Positions 25,385 to 37,800 of a stretch of DNA of 64,000 bases are shown in pieces. The stretch is from Azolla caroliniana (taxonomy: Eukaryota; Plantae; Polypodiophyta), in the NCBI GenBank assembly GCA_043228905.1, contig JBHGNT010000006.1, positions 5,890,001 to 5,954,000 of the forward strand. The letters run 5' to 3'. Made by a program: the position numbers and the translations under genes. Each line of letters opens with the position of its first letter. Position 1 is the stretch's first letter. A model generated the notes under the pieces. That model searched no databases, was not told the origin of the DNA, and saw only the letters and a program-made list of their open reading frames with translations.

Positions 25385-28035
25385 TCATTTACAAATGGGA
25401 GAGCTGCTTTCATTCCTTCTGACAGTCTTATAAGTGAAAACATCATTTGAGCTTGAAAGTGTCTCTTCTGGGAATGATGGATCAGCCGTCTTTAAAGCAT
25501 ATGGAGATTTGGATAGCATCCTAACATATATGATAATTTCAGAAATTTGAGACATTATCACCGAGGTATTACGATAAAGGAAGTGCAAATTTAACAGCAA
25601 CAAACCTTTCTCTACGCTTTTCCAAGAATCGAGCAAGCGATGCTTTCTGTGCTTGGGGTAAATCTGGAAAATTTAAGGACAAAAACACATTTAGGTTTGT
25701 AACCAAAAAAAAGCATGCTGATGAAATTGAACCTCTGAAGTGTTGCATATAGGGAAAGAACCCCCTGATTAAGAGAAATAGAAAAACCATACATCTAGGA
25801 ACCACGGGTTCACATAAGTTTGCAGAGGATTTCTCGTGTACATCTCTAGCACCTATGCTTCTTGTTGCATTTGAGAACATGTGCGGATTGCATTTTGAAT
25901 CAACACGACTTGCAAGAAGCATGATTGCATTTGCCTATGAAAACAAACCACAATGTTACATGTTTTATGAGAAATTTGTTATGCACCAAGGAAAATGCTT
26001 GAGGTTTTCTTTATTTCCCAAATGCCCTATATTTTTCATACCTTTTTCAAATGCCCCTGATCTAGCCCCATGAGAGAGATAAAAGGGGATTAGAATCAAC
26101 TACATTATTAGCAAAAACAATTGCTGAAAAGGTGGTTTTACCAAAGGCATTTGGAGGAATTACTGGAAACTTAGCAGCATTTGGGAAAATGAGAAAAAAC
26201 ATGGATGTATCTGAAATTTTCCCTAACCACAATTGGGAGAAATTGTCATATATATCCTTATTGCGCATTGATAAGGACATCACATGCTACTTTTGGCCAA
26301 TCTCTAGCCTTATTATTAATTCCTAATATGTCATCAAGGTCATGTTCCAAAACGTTTTTGTACACATATAGATTCAGTAGTTACCATTTCCACCGAAACA
26401 TCATTAAAGACATTAACATTGCCCCCATAAAAGATAGTTAGAGGAGCACTCCCTAGCGTTTCCTTTGGTCCAGACGGTGTCATCCTATTCAATGTTTGAA
26501 TACAATGTTTAGACGAACTTTGTCCCATAAATAGTTGCATGGAGAAGAAACCCTTGAAAACAAAAGCTACATACCTCACTTCGAGGTGTGCAGAGTTACC
26601 ACCACCTGTATTCATCTTGGCTATCGGGGGGTGTGCAAAACCAAAAGGAACATGATAACAATCCTTGAAGGTCGGGGAGGAAGAATTCAATGCAGAGTTT
26701 CCCTGCAGCAATATTCAATTATAGCACATAAACCTACTTTGCTATCATCACAAGACAAATGAATGAAAAATAGTAGTGCAAAAAGCAAATCATGCATAAC
26801 ATGTGCCCCTTTATTTTTTTTGTTGATGAGATATTTTAACATTTTATGCATCTGCATAAATTATGTACTGATATGCATGCGATTCCATAATCATTCATAC
26901 GATCACAGTACCAGAAACAATTTATTTAGTGTGTGCAATCATGTATTCATTAGTAAGATATGTTAACAATATTTGAGTCAAAACATGTATGCATAAGACA
27001 CAAACATCAGCAAATACCACACACATAAGCAACGTATGTTGGCAAACTACCCACGATCTGTGGCTATACTAGAAAAAAAGGTCTATCAAGAAAGGAATTA
27101 CTTACAGTGTTCTTTTGGTTGGGATCAGGAGTAGATCCCTCGGGAACATTTTCAGCACTCTGTTCCACAAATTTTTCCTCGTGTTGATACCTGAATGGCA
27201 TTATGTGCTGCATCATAGAAGCTTCGCTCCACATATTATGTGGTTTCATACCTATCAGGGCGAAGTTTTACATTATTTAATCATTCTCTCTAGAGTCTAA
27301 TCAAACAACATAATTATTCACATGAATTATTTTAAGTTGGAAATTTGGGAATAAGAGGAGAAGAGGGGAATATGATGTATGGTCAACGACACAACGGAGA
27401 AGAATAGATGGCACAAAAGAAACTGGGAAAAACCACATATCAGAGTGATGGGCACTGGAAAGTTGAACCCTAAAATTTCATCATGAATAATCTGTTACCT
27501 ATGACACTGATTCTTTTTCCCCAACAAAGCCTGTAATCAGTGGCACTAAATCCTAAACTTTCATACCAAGTGCGGCTCCTATGGTGTGAAACCCAAACAT
27601 TACACGAAAGTAATAGCTTTTCATAATAAAGTGTGTCATCCATTCCATACCAATGTCTGTATGACCAGTAAAAATAATATCAAAGTCTGATTTTCACACC
27701 GCAGACTGTGATCTGTGACATTTTAAACCTAAAATCAAACACTCATCCTTGAAAGTAAACCTAATATTTCAGTTCAAACTAACTGTCCGATCTATAGCAG
27801 TAGGTTGTAATTCTAACAGTTTCTGCAATTTGTGAGAAAAAAGTCCTGACATTTCACAGGAAAGTCTTAAGTAATCCATGCTAGAATCCGACGTTTGATT
27901 TTCAAAACATCAGACAGTAAATCCGAAAACTCTACAACCAGAAAATAGCATGCAGTCTGTGCCAATTAAGTACCCCAAAAACTCCACGACAGAATCGTTA
28001 TTGTTACCTGAAGAAAACAACGGCGGAGCTTCCAT
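25385..28035 (-). CDS. JAZ: JAZ (TIFY family) jasmonate-signalling repressor
   Basis: Exons 28035-28008, 27251-27106, 26702-26575, 26484-26385, 25934-25793, 25663-25606, 25520-25385, all GT-AG and in phase. ZIM domain LTIFYGGNVNVFNDVS..ANAIMLLAS; Jas motif LPQAQKASLARFLEKRRER-MLSKSPY. An extra upstream coding exon from ATG 28371 is possible. Confidence 0.93.
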
Positions 28036-28371
28036 GGGAGCTATTGAATAGATCACAGAAGAAAAACGAGGAGAAGGAGGAGGAGAAGTACAGAAGAGCA
28101 GGAAAGAATTAATGAAGGATCAATATTTCTTTCTCTTCCATTGCTTCAAATGCTCTGTCGCTGTGACTTTGTGACAAGAAAAGAGAGGAGGGAGGGAGGG
28201 GGGGAGAGAGAAAGAAAGGAGAACCCCCCCCCCCCTTCTTCTCTCTTTCTGGGTCTCTCTGTCTCTTTCTGTTTCTTGTCTTTCTCTCTCTTTCTGTCTG
28301 TGAGTAAGAGAGTGACCTTTGGCCATTTCAAAGGGCGATCGATGATGGCGGTTTTCTCTGTGCTTTTCCAT

Positions 28372-28507
28372 CACGTGCTTCTCTCTCTCTCTAAGGAATT
28401 CTCTGTCTTCTTCTGGACTTCTCTTTCTTATTTGTCTGCAGACACACACTCTCTCTCTCTCTCTCTCTCTTCTCCTGGGTGGTCTTCGGTCTCCTTTTCA
28501 TCACGTG
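28372..28507. promoter_or_regulatory. Two G-boxes (CACGTG) upstream of JAZ
   Basis: CACGTG at 28372-28377 and 28502-28507, both within CATCACGTGCT. G-boxes are known MYC2-type bHLH sites in JAZ promoters. Confidence 0.55.
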
Positions 28508-29062
28508 CTCCTCTCTTTTCTCTCTAAAAATACTTTCTTTGCTTTTTTGGCTTCCACGTAATTTCCTTGCTAGTTTGGGAAATTTACAAAAAAGGGGAAG
28601 GAGGTGGGTACGTACTCTAACAAGACAACCTGCCTAGTACCTACCAAGTGTGTACCACTTGATCGATACCCACCAACCACACAACCCTCTCGTCTCCGCC
28701 CATATTGTCTTCCATATTTGATATAGCTTATAACTAACCCCCCCCCCCCCCCGCTTCCACGAAAGACCTCCACCGCCACCCACTCTCTTACTTGGTACAC
28801 ACGTTTGGAGATACTCTGTGTTAAGCTCTCCCGTGGCTCCATACATTCCTCCAATTGACCCCCCCCCCCCCCCCCCCCTTACCCCCTTCTCTCTTTCGAT
28901 ACAACTTGTACATTCCCTCCGAGGCCCTAGGAGAAGATCGGAGACCCTGACATTTGCTCCTCCTCGAATTACATGACCTAATGTAGTGGCCCAATCCATC
29001 TCCAAGAGCATAAATGCGGTAATCTACCTAGAGTACCACAATATAAAAAAATCCATTCACTA

Positions 29063-29067
29063 ATGTA

Positions 29068-29116
<49 letters not shown>
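29063..29116. repeat. (CT)n microsatellite
   Basis: Perfect CT run. Confidence 0.95.
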
Positions 29117-29120
<4 letters not shown>

Positions 29121-30660
29121 TTGGCACAACCTACTAAAAGTTGTTGCTTTCTCTCATCTACCAATCTATATGTTTTTGGCCGATTTGAAGTGGTATATAT
29201 TTTGTTTGATGGACACATATAAGTTGAGAACCATAAAAGGAAGATGGTGTGACATGATGATTACAAATCTTTTTTAATGTTTTTAGAAAGCCGACAACAT
29301 GACCCACGAATGAAAAAAGAGAACAATTTCTTTTTATGAGCAAGTGGTGGATGAGCTTCTTGATTTAGGAGGCGATCTCAATTTTTATAAAATATTAAAA
29401 AAAGTAGAAGTATGTGAAGAAAACAATTTGAAGCTTATTGGAACCGCTTGGTAAAGTCACAAAGTTGTTATAAATGTCATACATTACTAATTGAGCCAAT
29501 TTATTCAAGAGTTGATCCCCTTTACAATGGGTAAAAAGAAATTATGATAACAATGAGTTGGGGGGATATCCTCAAACCTACAATAGATGATGACGTAACC
29601 TTGGTTGTTATAGACCTATGGTAAGCCCTCATGATTCACTACCCCGTGATGTTCAATTTCTCTTGTTTGATGAAAGTAGAAACCCTTCTTAGCAAGCACC
29701 ACTATTTTTGGCTAGGATGCAACTATTCTTATTCTTGCATGAGCATCTTGCGCTGGTAAAATGTCTGTCAACCATTACCACATGCTTCATTGTCATCACT
29801 TGTGCTTTGTAACTCCATTTTTCCCTACCAACCATCGTTATTGGGTTTTAAACACTCGAATCTTCTATTTGCAATATGTTTTAATCATATTCTTTCTATT
29901 TCTATTTCAATGGCTGCTTTTTTACCATAATCTTGAGCTTTGGTACAACTTGACATTATCGTGTATTTTCCTCCCTTCACACATGCCACATCACAACAAT
30001 GACGTGCTAAAAGTGAACATGAGTTAGGCAAAATGTACACAAGTAACAAGTTGGATCTCCTCATATTTAGTTTCCTCAATTATTGGCCAATGACATCAAT
30101 CTTGTTAATGTAACGACGAAGTTTGATTCCTTCATCCATATCCCATACAACAACCTCCTCATCAAAGGGACCTTTTTTCAAGATTGTGCTTTTCTCAAAT
30201 GCAATAATATATTTCTTCTAGTACCTTAATAAGTTTCCATAATCTTAAGACTTTGAAATTTGACATTTTCAAAATGTGGATATATGTATTGCTAACATGG
30301 CCATTTGGTCTAATTCCAACTGAACTTTGTCATGCATGCTATTGGATCATTTTCTATCGATTTGTCTCAAATATCACCTCTAAATCAAAATATCAAAAAA
30401 AGGGTTGTTTATGTCAAACTTACATATATTTTGAACCTTCTTTTGTTAAGACAATAAGTTTGCCTTACAAGTTCTTAGTAGTGGGGCTCCATTGGATGGT
30501 GAACATGATGAGTGCAATGGCATGACAATAGTCTAGTGGCACGATATTGGATAAATGTTGTGAATTTCTCACTTAGAAATTTGGACAAATTATTGCTCTC
30601 TTCACAACAACCTATTATCTTGTCTCTTCTCATTTTCTTATATACACTTTTGCAGTGTTC

Positions 30661-31930
30661 ATTTTTATTTTTATTTTTATTTCTAAACAAAATATCCTTC
30701 CACTAGCTTTAAAAAGGGTACATCAACTACAACACTATGCTTTCCATAGAGATTGTGCAACTATTGAAGCCAACCTATACCGCAATTCCTCCACCTATCA
30801 CAAAATCTAATTTCATTTTAGTATGTACAACCAATTCTCCTTTGTTGCTACATGCTTTTAACATACCAGAAAATGTTATCATATTAGGTATGAGGAAACC
30901 TTGGACAAGCATTTGAGGATAAATTTGTATAGCAACCTCATTCTTATCATGCTAAATATAGCCCAATAACATGGCAGTTCCTTGTACCACATCTCGAATC
31001 AACAATAATACATCAAAAAGCTTGCAGGCCTCAATTATTGTTGAGTAAATGCCAACATTAACAACATTGTACCACATCCGGCAAGATTTGACCCTCGAGT
31101 TACATTTTCTTTAAAGAATCTAGTGCTTTTCAGCATATCCCAATATCAAAGCATTCCAAGAGACCACATCTTGAATTGTATATATCATTGACTGTTTTTT
31201 GTGCTTTTTCAAGCTTGCCACATGTAGCATACATGTCCGCCAAAGCATTCCCAAGCTCAATATTGTCTTCTAACAGCCTCTTACTCATGATTTCATTGTG
31301 ACTTTTTATACATATCAACCACTCCTACACTGCCACATGCCTTTAGCAAACTTACAAAGGTGATTACATCCAAAGAAAGACCATCATTTTGCATTTGTTC
31401 AAAAAGATTCAATGCTACATGGCCAAATCTATACTAGTAATATCCTGAAATTAGTGCATTCTTAGAAGCCACAACCCAAACTGGAAGCCCCTTGAGCACT
31501 TTATGTGTTTTTCCTCTATGTAAAGCCCCTGTGCTTGAACAAGCCTTGAATATGCAAATGGAGGTGATTGTATTTGGCAAGAAGTGATCACACTGCATCC
31601 TCTTGAAATAATTTTAGCTTTGCTTCCTTCCCCTCGCAAATAAACCACGTTCAAAATAAATATAAAGGAATACACTGCCAAGATTTGTCCCTTTCCTTGT
31701 TTATAGATCGAATCATGCTACAAAATTTCAGCATACAAGTAAATGTGTTGGCGTTGCTTACTTTCAAAATAGCTTAGAGCTTTCTTGGTTCACCATATAG
31801 TGAACCTCTTCAACATAACCATACTCAGCATATTCAGAAATCAATGTAGTCCAAGGGACTACTTTTCTAGTTGGTAGTCCTACTCAACATACCTCTTTGC
31901 TCATAACTTCAAAACACACAAAATGAAGGC
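30661..31930 (-). pseudogene. Degenerate PLS-class PPR pseudogene with shared 3' tail
   Basis: DVITFVSLLKACGSV, ELGNALADMYATCGKLEKAQ, DVVSWNALILGYA and PNMITFSGMLKACS, with frameshifts and stops. The shared 3' motif and A-rich tail lie at 30661-30735. Confidence 0.85.
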
Positions 31931-32626
31931 CATATGGCATTCTTCTAGCCACTTCCATTAATTTGTCCAATTCACACAAAGTAGTTGCATCTTGAGACAC
32001 AATCCTTCTTCAACTTGCTCATAGTTAGCAACACATAAGACCTACAACCAAATGTATACATCCTAATACAACACCGTTTGACAAATTGTCTCCACTCATC
32101 CTCCCCAAAAAAATGAGAAAACCATCCCCCAATTTGAAGAGTGGATGAAACATAATCTAGCCTCCCTGTCGCTCCCTAGAACTGCTTCAACCTCCTTCAA
32201 CAATAGATTCCATCTCTACCACAAACACGAACTAAAAAGATTTTCCCATAAGGATGGCTTCCCCAAGCAAAGCCAAACCAAACAACCTTAATGTTCTTAT
32301 TCCCTCATCCTTCGCATCCATCATGCTATGTCACTTGAATATAAGATTGGATGAATAACAAATATTAACAGTAAGAGTAGCATACAACTAATGTATCCAG
32401 CATTCCTGTCGCTCCATAAAAATGCTTCCTCCTCCCCTATCATCATCCTTGTCAGTTTTGTAGTGTTCCTTCTTGAGAATATCATACTATTTCTCCATAA
32501 CTTACACACATATGAAGATGCTACAACCAAACGAAGCTTACACACCCCTTGTTGGACTTTCAATGCTCAATAGAGCTACAATGCATAATGGAAGTATAAT
32601 ACAAATTGCAATAGCTAATGACATCT

Positions 32627-32976
32627 ACCACAATGCAAATACCTAGAAAGAACTAAGGTAGATAGTCGAAAGCTTATGAGAATGATGGTTATTAGTAGAC
32701 ACTAATATTGCAATCAAACTCTTTACACAATATATTGCATGTAATTATCTACCAACATATGAACCAATTGATGAACTACTAAACTTTCGTAAACCACCAC
32801 AATGCAAATACCTAGAAAGAACCAAGGTAGATAGTTAGAAGCTTATGAGAAAAGAGAATGACAATGATGGTAAATAATAGGCACTAATATTGCAATCAAA
32901 CTATTTACACAATATCTTGCATGTAATCATCTACCAACATATCAACCAATTGATGAACTACTAAACTTTCGTAAAC
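32627..32976. repeat. ~170-180-bp tandem duplication
   Basis: accacaatgcaaatacctagaaagaac...gaactactaaactttcgtaaac occurs twice. Confidence 0.9.
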
Positions 32977-33098
32977 CCTAGTTCTCCTCTTGTACAATTA
33001 CGAGTGGATGTTTCATATTAGGCCAACCAATTGGCATGTTACCTTCCTTAGTGATCTTATTTACAACACCAAGGACTCCTATAATTTTTTATGGGAAT

Positions 33099-33185
33099 TG
33101 TTAAGAATTAGGTAAGTAATTAAGTATGGGTTAATTAGTACCTAATTATGTGCTTAAGTTAAGCGCGGAAGATTAAGTGATATGT

Positions 33186-33263
<78 letters not shown>

Positions 33264-33774
33264 AATGGATACCAAGTGGTCATGGGTTCAAACCCTACAT
33301 TCCACAGTGGCATCTAGTGAATTAAGAGATATATAATAAGTATATAATAGAGAGGTGAGGAAGTTGGGTTTTGAACTCACAACGCAATGCTTGTAGTGCT
33401 AACAACTTACCATTAGGGTAAGGTAATTACGAAAAAGAGAGAGAGAGACATACATACATACATAAGATGGGGGATGAGTAAGTTTATTAACTTAGCATTA
33501 TCATCATCTATCATCAAATACAAAAATACCTTCAATGAGGTATATATAGGTTTCATGTGTGCAAGGGTGCACATGTGCTAGGAGAATATAAGTACAACGT
33601 GTAAGTCCTACATTAAATGAGCATGGAGTGGTGGATCTACAATGTATCCCACTCTAGTACAAAATCCTATTTAAGGCTTTATGGTCAACACACTAACTAG
33701 ATTATATCTAGGTAACTACCAAGTTACATGTGTTGACTAACTAACTAAACTAAGTTGAGCTTGATCTCTCAACA
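33099..33774 (-). repeat. 3' LTR of Copia A (676 bp, with ~175-bp extra segment)
   Basis: Aligns to 49355-49836 except for 33261-33435 and the microsatellite lengths. Confidence 0.9.
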
Positions 33775-34870
33775 CGCCCCCTCAAGCTCAAGTGTGAGGC
33801 GTCCGACATCCAGTGTTGTTTTCGGTGTTGTCCGGCTTCTGTGCAACTTCCATCCGGCCTTCGGCTTTCCTCGCCGTGGCAATCTCGATTCCTCCCCCTC
33901 AAGCCGGTGACGAAGGCTTGTAGTGTGTGGGTGAAGGTCGACTACTTCCACCCATCGTGGGTTTCGAGCTGCTTCGGTGGAGCTCTTGGGCTCTTTTCCG
34001 GCCACTACCTTCATTGCGAAGGCGTAATGATGGGCCATATACTCGTTGTAGCCGAGTTGAGTGACGGGATTCTTCACTCTAGAAGAACGTCGAAGTTTTT
34101 CGCTCGCTGATGTGAGCGCCTTCTTTACTCTGGGTGTATGCTTGATGGGTACACCGAACTCACTGTCTAGTGAGGGAGCCGATCCATCTGAATCATTGTC
34201 GTCGGGGTAATCGACTTCGTTTTCGGGCATCTTGCCCTTGCCCTTTTCCAATTTCGGACTTGCCTGTGACGTGCTTGGGTCGCATGAAGATTCTTGTGGG
34301 CCACTACGCTCGGTTGTAACCGGACTTTCTTCGTTCATATGCGCGAGTTGATCTTCGGCTTCTACCTCTTGTTCCGTAATCCGCATCGAGCGTAGTCGGA
34401 GTCGAAGAGGTCTTTGGTGTGTATCAGGATGCGTACTCGTTGAAGACTACGTCTCGACTTACGCGAACTTCTCGCGTTGACGGGTTGTAGCACTTGTACG
34501 CCTTCTTCTCGGATGAGTATCCTACGAGGATACATCTCTCGGACTTCGCGTCGGGCTTCTGTCGTTTGTTCGGGATGTGTACATTCGCAATGCTTCCGAA
34601 CACTTTGAGATGCGACAGGATCGGCTCCCTTCCAACAAGGAGCTCATATGGAGTTAGCTCATGCACTCCATTCGTGGGGCATCGATTCATGAGATAGACG
34701 GTCGTGGATGCCGCTTCGGCCCAATAGAAATCCGGCATGTGCTTCTCATGCATCATGGCGCGTGCTACCTCAAGTATTTGCCAATTATTCCTTTCGGCTA
34801 CTCCATTTTGTTGGAGTGCGTGTCGGCATGAGAATTTTCTATGAATGCCTTCACTTTGGAGGTAGGAGGT

Positions 34871-37800
34871 TGTTGAGAATCAAGCTCAACTTGGTCTAGT
34901 GTGTGAACTCACCTTGAGAGTGAAGAGACACTCCAACGGTCAAGAGTCACCATTATGTCACCACTTTGTATTCTAGCATTTAGTATGAGTCATAGAATCA
35001 TATTCTATGACACATAACTTATGAGCTTTCACATTCCCCATGCTCCATGAGGCTGTAGTTAATGAAGAGAGAGAGTGACTACATAAAGCACCCTCCTCCA
35101 ACCTTGTATAAAGTTGAGTCTTTCTCCTTGTCAATATACTTTTACCTTGCGTATTCTCTCTCTCTCTCTCTCTCTCTTACACACACACATAACTCACATC
35201 TCTTCCGCTTCACAAGAATCCATCTCTTGATTCTTTACATGGTATCAGAGCGATTTGGTAGCTCGATCTAGCCCATTCGCCTCATCGTGATCGTGTTTTG
35301 TGCTCTACGCCGACGACCAAGAATCGGCTCATCGCTATCGTAGCTTCGCTACATAGCTCGCATTCGAAGAGAGAAGAAGAAGAAGAAGAATCAACATAAT
35401 GAATACTCAAATGGGGAGTGCTCTCCCTACCGAGAAGTCGGATCGAAACAACTTCGCATCTTGGGAGTACAAGATGCACCAATACCTTGTCGGACAAGGC
35501 TATTGGAGCTACATCAAAGGAGCGCATGAAGACCGACCCGCGGAAGAGGCTCCTGGATACGCGACTTGGGAGCAAGCCGCAAGCCGCGTGATGTATTGCT
35601 TGGCGACATGTGTTCACGACCACATGCTCGGTTACATTCAAGAAGCCAAGACGCCGAAGGAAGCGTGGGAAAATCTACGAAAGATTTTCACCGCCAACAC
35701 GATCGCGAGGAAGCTTCAACTCCGCCAAGAGTTGAACAACATTCAACAAAGGGACATGTCCAGCACGACATACACCTTGAAGATCAAGGAGCTTTGCGAC
35801 TCGCTCGGCTCAATAAGCGTAAGTATAGATTATGATGAGATGGTGCAAATATGCCTCGGCGGCCTCGCACCACGGTTCGGGGCGATGCGAACCGCCGTTC
35901 TAGCACGGGAGAAATCTCCCTCCTTCTTCGAACTCCAATCAATGCTATTGGTCGAAGAAAACCACGTGAGTACAAGGAGCAATGAGTCGGAAGGCCACAT
36001 GCTCTACACGCACTCTAATGGAGGAAGAGGACACGGACGAGCGAGAGGCCGATTCGGCCAAGGACAAGGCGGACGAGGTCCGTCTTACGACAACAACTCC
36101 CAATTTCGGCCGCAAAACGGAGGCCAACGAGGAACCTTCACAAGAAGGGGGAGCTTCCACTCCGGCCCGAGCCGTCAAAATGCAATCGAATGCGGATATT
36201 GTGGAAAGCTCAGCCACCACGAAGAAGAGTGCCGAAAGAAGATGCGTGAATCAGCTTCCACAAGCCGACAACTCACGAATTATGCGCACAATTCCGATTA
36301 CGAAGAGTATAGCGGAATATACGGGCACAACTCCGACTACGAGGATTGTGGCGGAATGTACGCATACAACTCCGACCGTGGCGGAATGTTCATGATGAAA
36401 CATAGAGCAAAGTCTATGTCGGCCTCTACCTCAACTAGTGCCCTCAATCCGGAGGACGTATGGTTTGTTGACTCCGGAGCCTCAAACCATATGACATCCC
36501 ACAAAGAATGGTTTCTCGAACTTCGAGAGCCGGAGCGACCCGGTTATGTAGAAACCGGAGATGACACTACGCACCCGATTTGGCACATCGACAATGTTCC
36601 GTTCGGCGAAAGAGGTAAGCAAACATACATTAAAAATGTCTTGCATGTACCCACCATCACAAAGAATTTGGTCTTAGTCAGCCCAATGGTTGAGCAAGGG
36701 ATGCAAGTACGATTCGACCAAGAAGGGTGCTTCATCGAAAAAGAAGGCCGAATCATCGCACGCAGAAGAAGAGAGGGCCGGATGTTCATTCTCGATTCGC
36801 ACGAGATGAAATCCGCCATGTTCGTGAAAAGCACGAAAGCCGACTCTGACATAGAGCTATGGCATAAGCGAATCGGCCACATCAATCTCAACAAACTCAA
36901 AGCAATGAAATCGAAAGGAGTTGTCATCGGACTCCCGACATTCAAAGAGAAGGAGATTGAAGGTGTATGCGAAGCGTGCCAATTCGGCAAGCAACACCGA
37001 CACCCATTTCCGAAGGAGCGGAATGTGAGCAAAGGCGTACTCGACGTAATTCATTCCAATGTATGGGGTCCGGCTCAAACGGCGACATTCGGCGGATGCC
37101 AATATTACGTGCTCTTCATCGACAACTTTTCTAGTCACACTTGGACCTACCCGATGCGACAAAAGAGCGAAGTGTTCGGACACTTCCAACATTTCAAGAA
37201 TGAAGTCGAGAAAGCCACGGGTCGACATGTACGATGCCTTCGATCGGATGGCGGCAAGGAGTACTTCTCGGACGATTTCACGACGTATCTCCGAAAGGAA
37301 GGAATTTGGCGAGAATTCACTTGCCGACACACTTCGCAACAAAACGGAGTAGCCGAGCGCAAAAATCGGCACATCCTCGAAGTAGCGCGGGCCATGATGA
37401 ATGAGAAGCATATGCCCAAGTCATATTGGGCCGAAGCGGCAAATATGGCCGTCTACCTAATGAACCGGTGCACAACATTCGGCGTGCACGAGGTCACTCC
37501 GCATGAAAGATTCTTCGGAAAGAAGCTGAACCTATCACATTTTCGGATATTCGGCTCCATTGCGTACGTGCACATCCCCGACGAGAAGCGTCAAAAGCTT
37601 GATCGGAAGTCGGAGAAATGTATCCTCGTAGGATACTCACTCGAACAAAAGGGGTACAAGTGCTACAACCCCTCAACTCGAAAATCTCGAGTAAGTTGAG
37701 ACGTCGTTTTTGACGAGTCCGCATCCTGGTACGCACCAGAGACAACTTCGCCTCCGACTCCGCTCGACCCGGAATCTGCCGAACAAGAGATCGAGGATGA

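Noticed and set aside
28120-29011. ORFs of 94-128 aa upstream of JAZ
   Set aside because: Products of GA/CT and poly-G tracts; only 28371-28317 might be a real JAZ exon.
33261-33435. Functional tRNA gene
   Set aside because: Only box-like motifs; no cloverleaf or acceptor stem can be formed.
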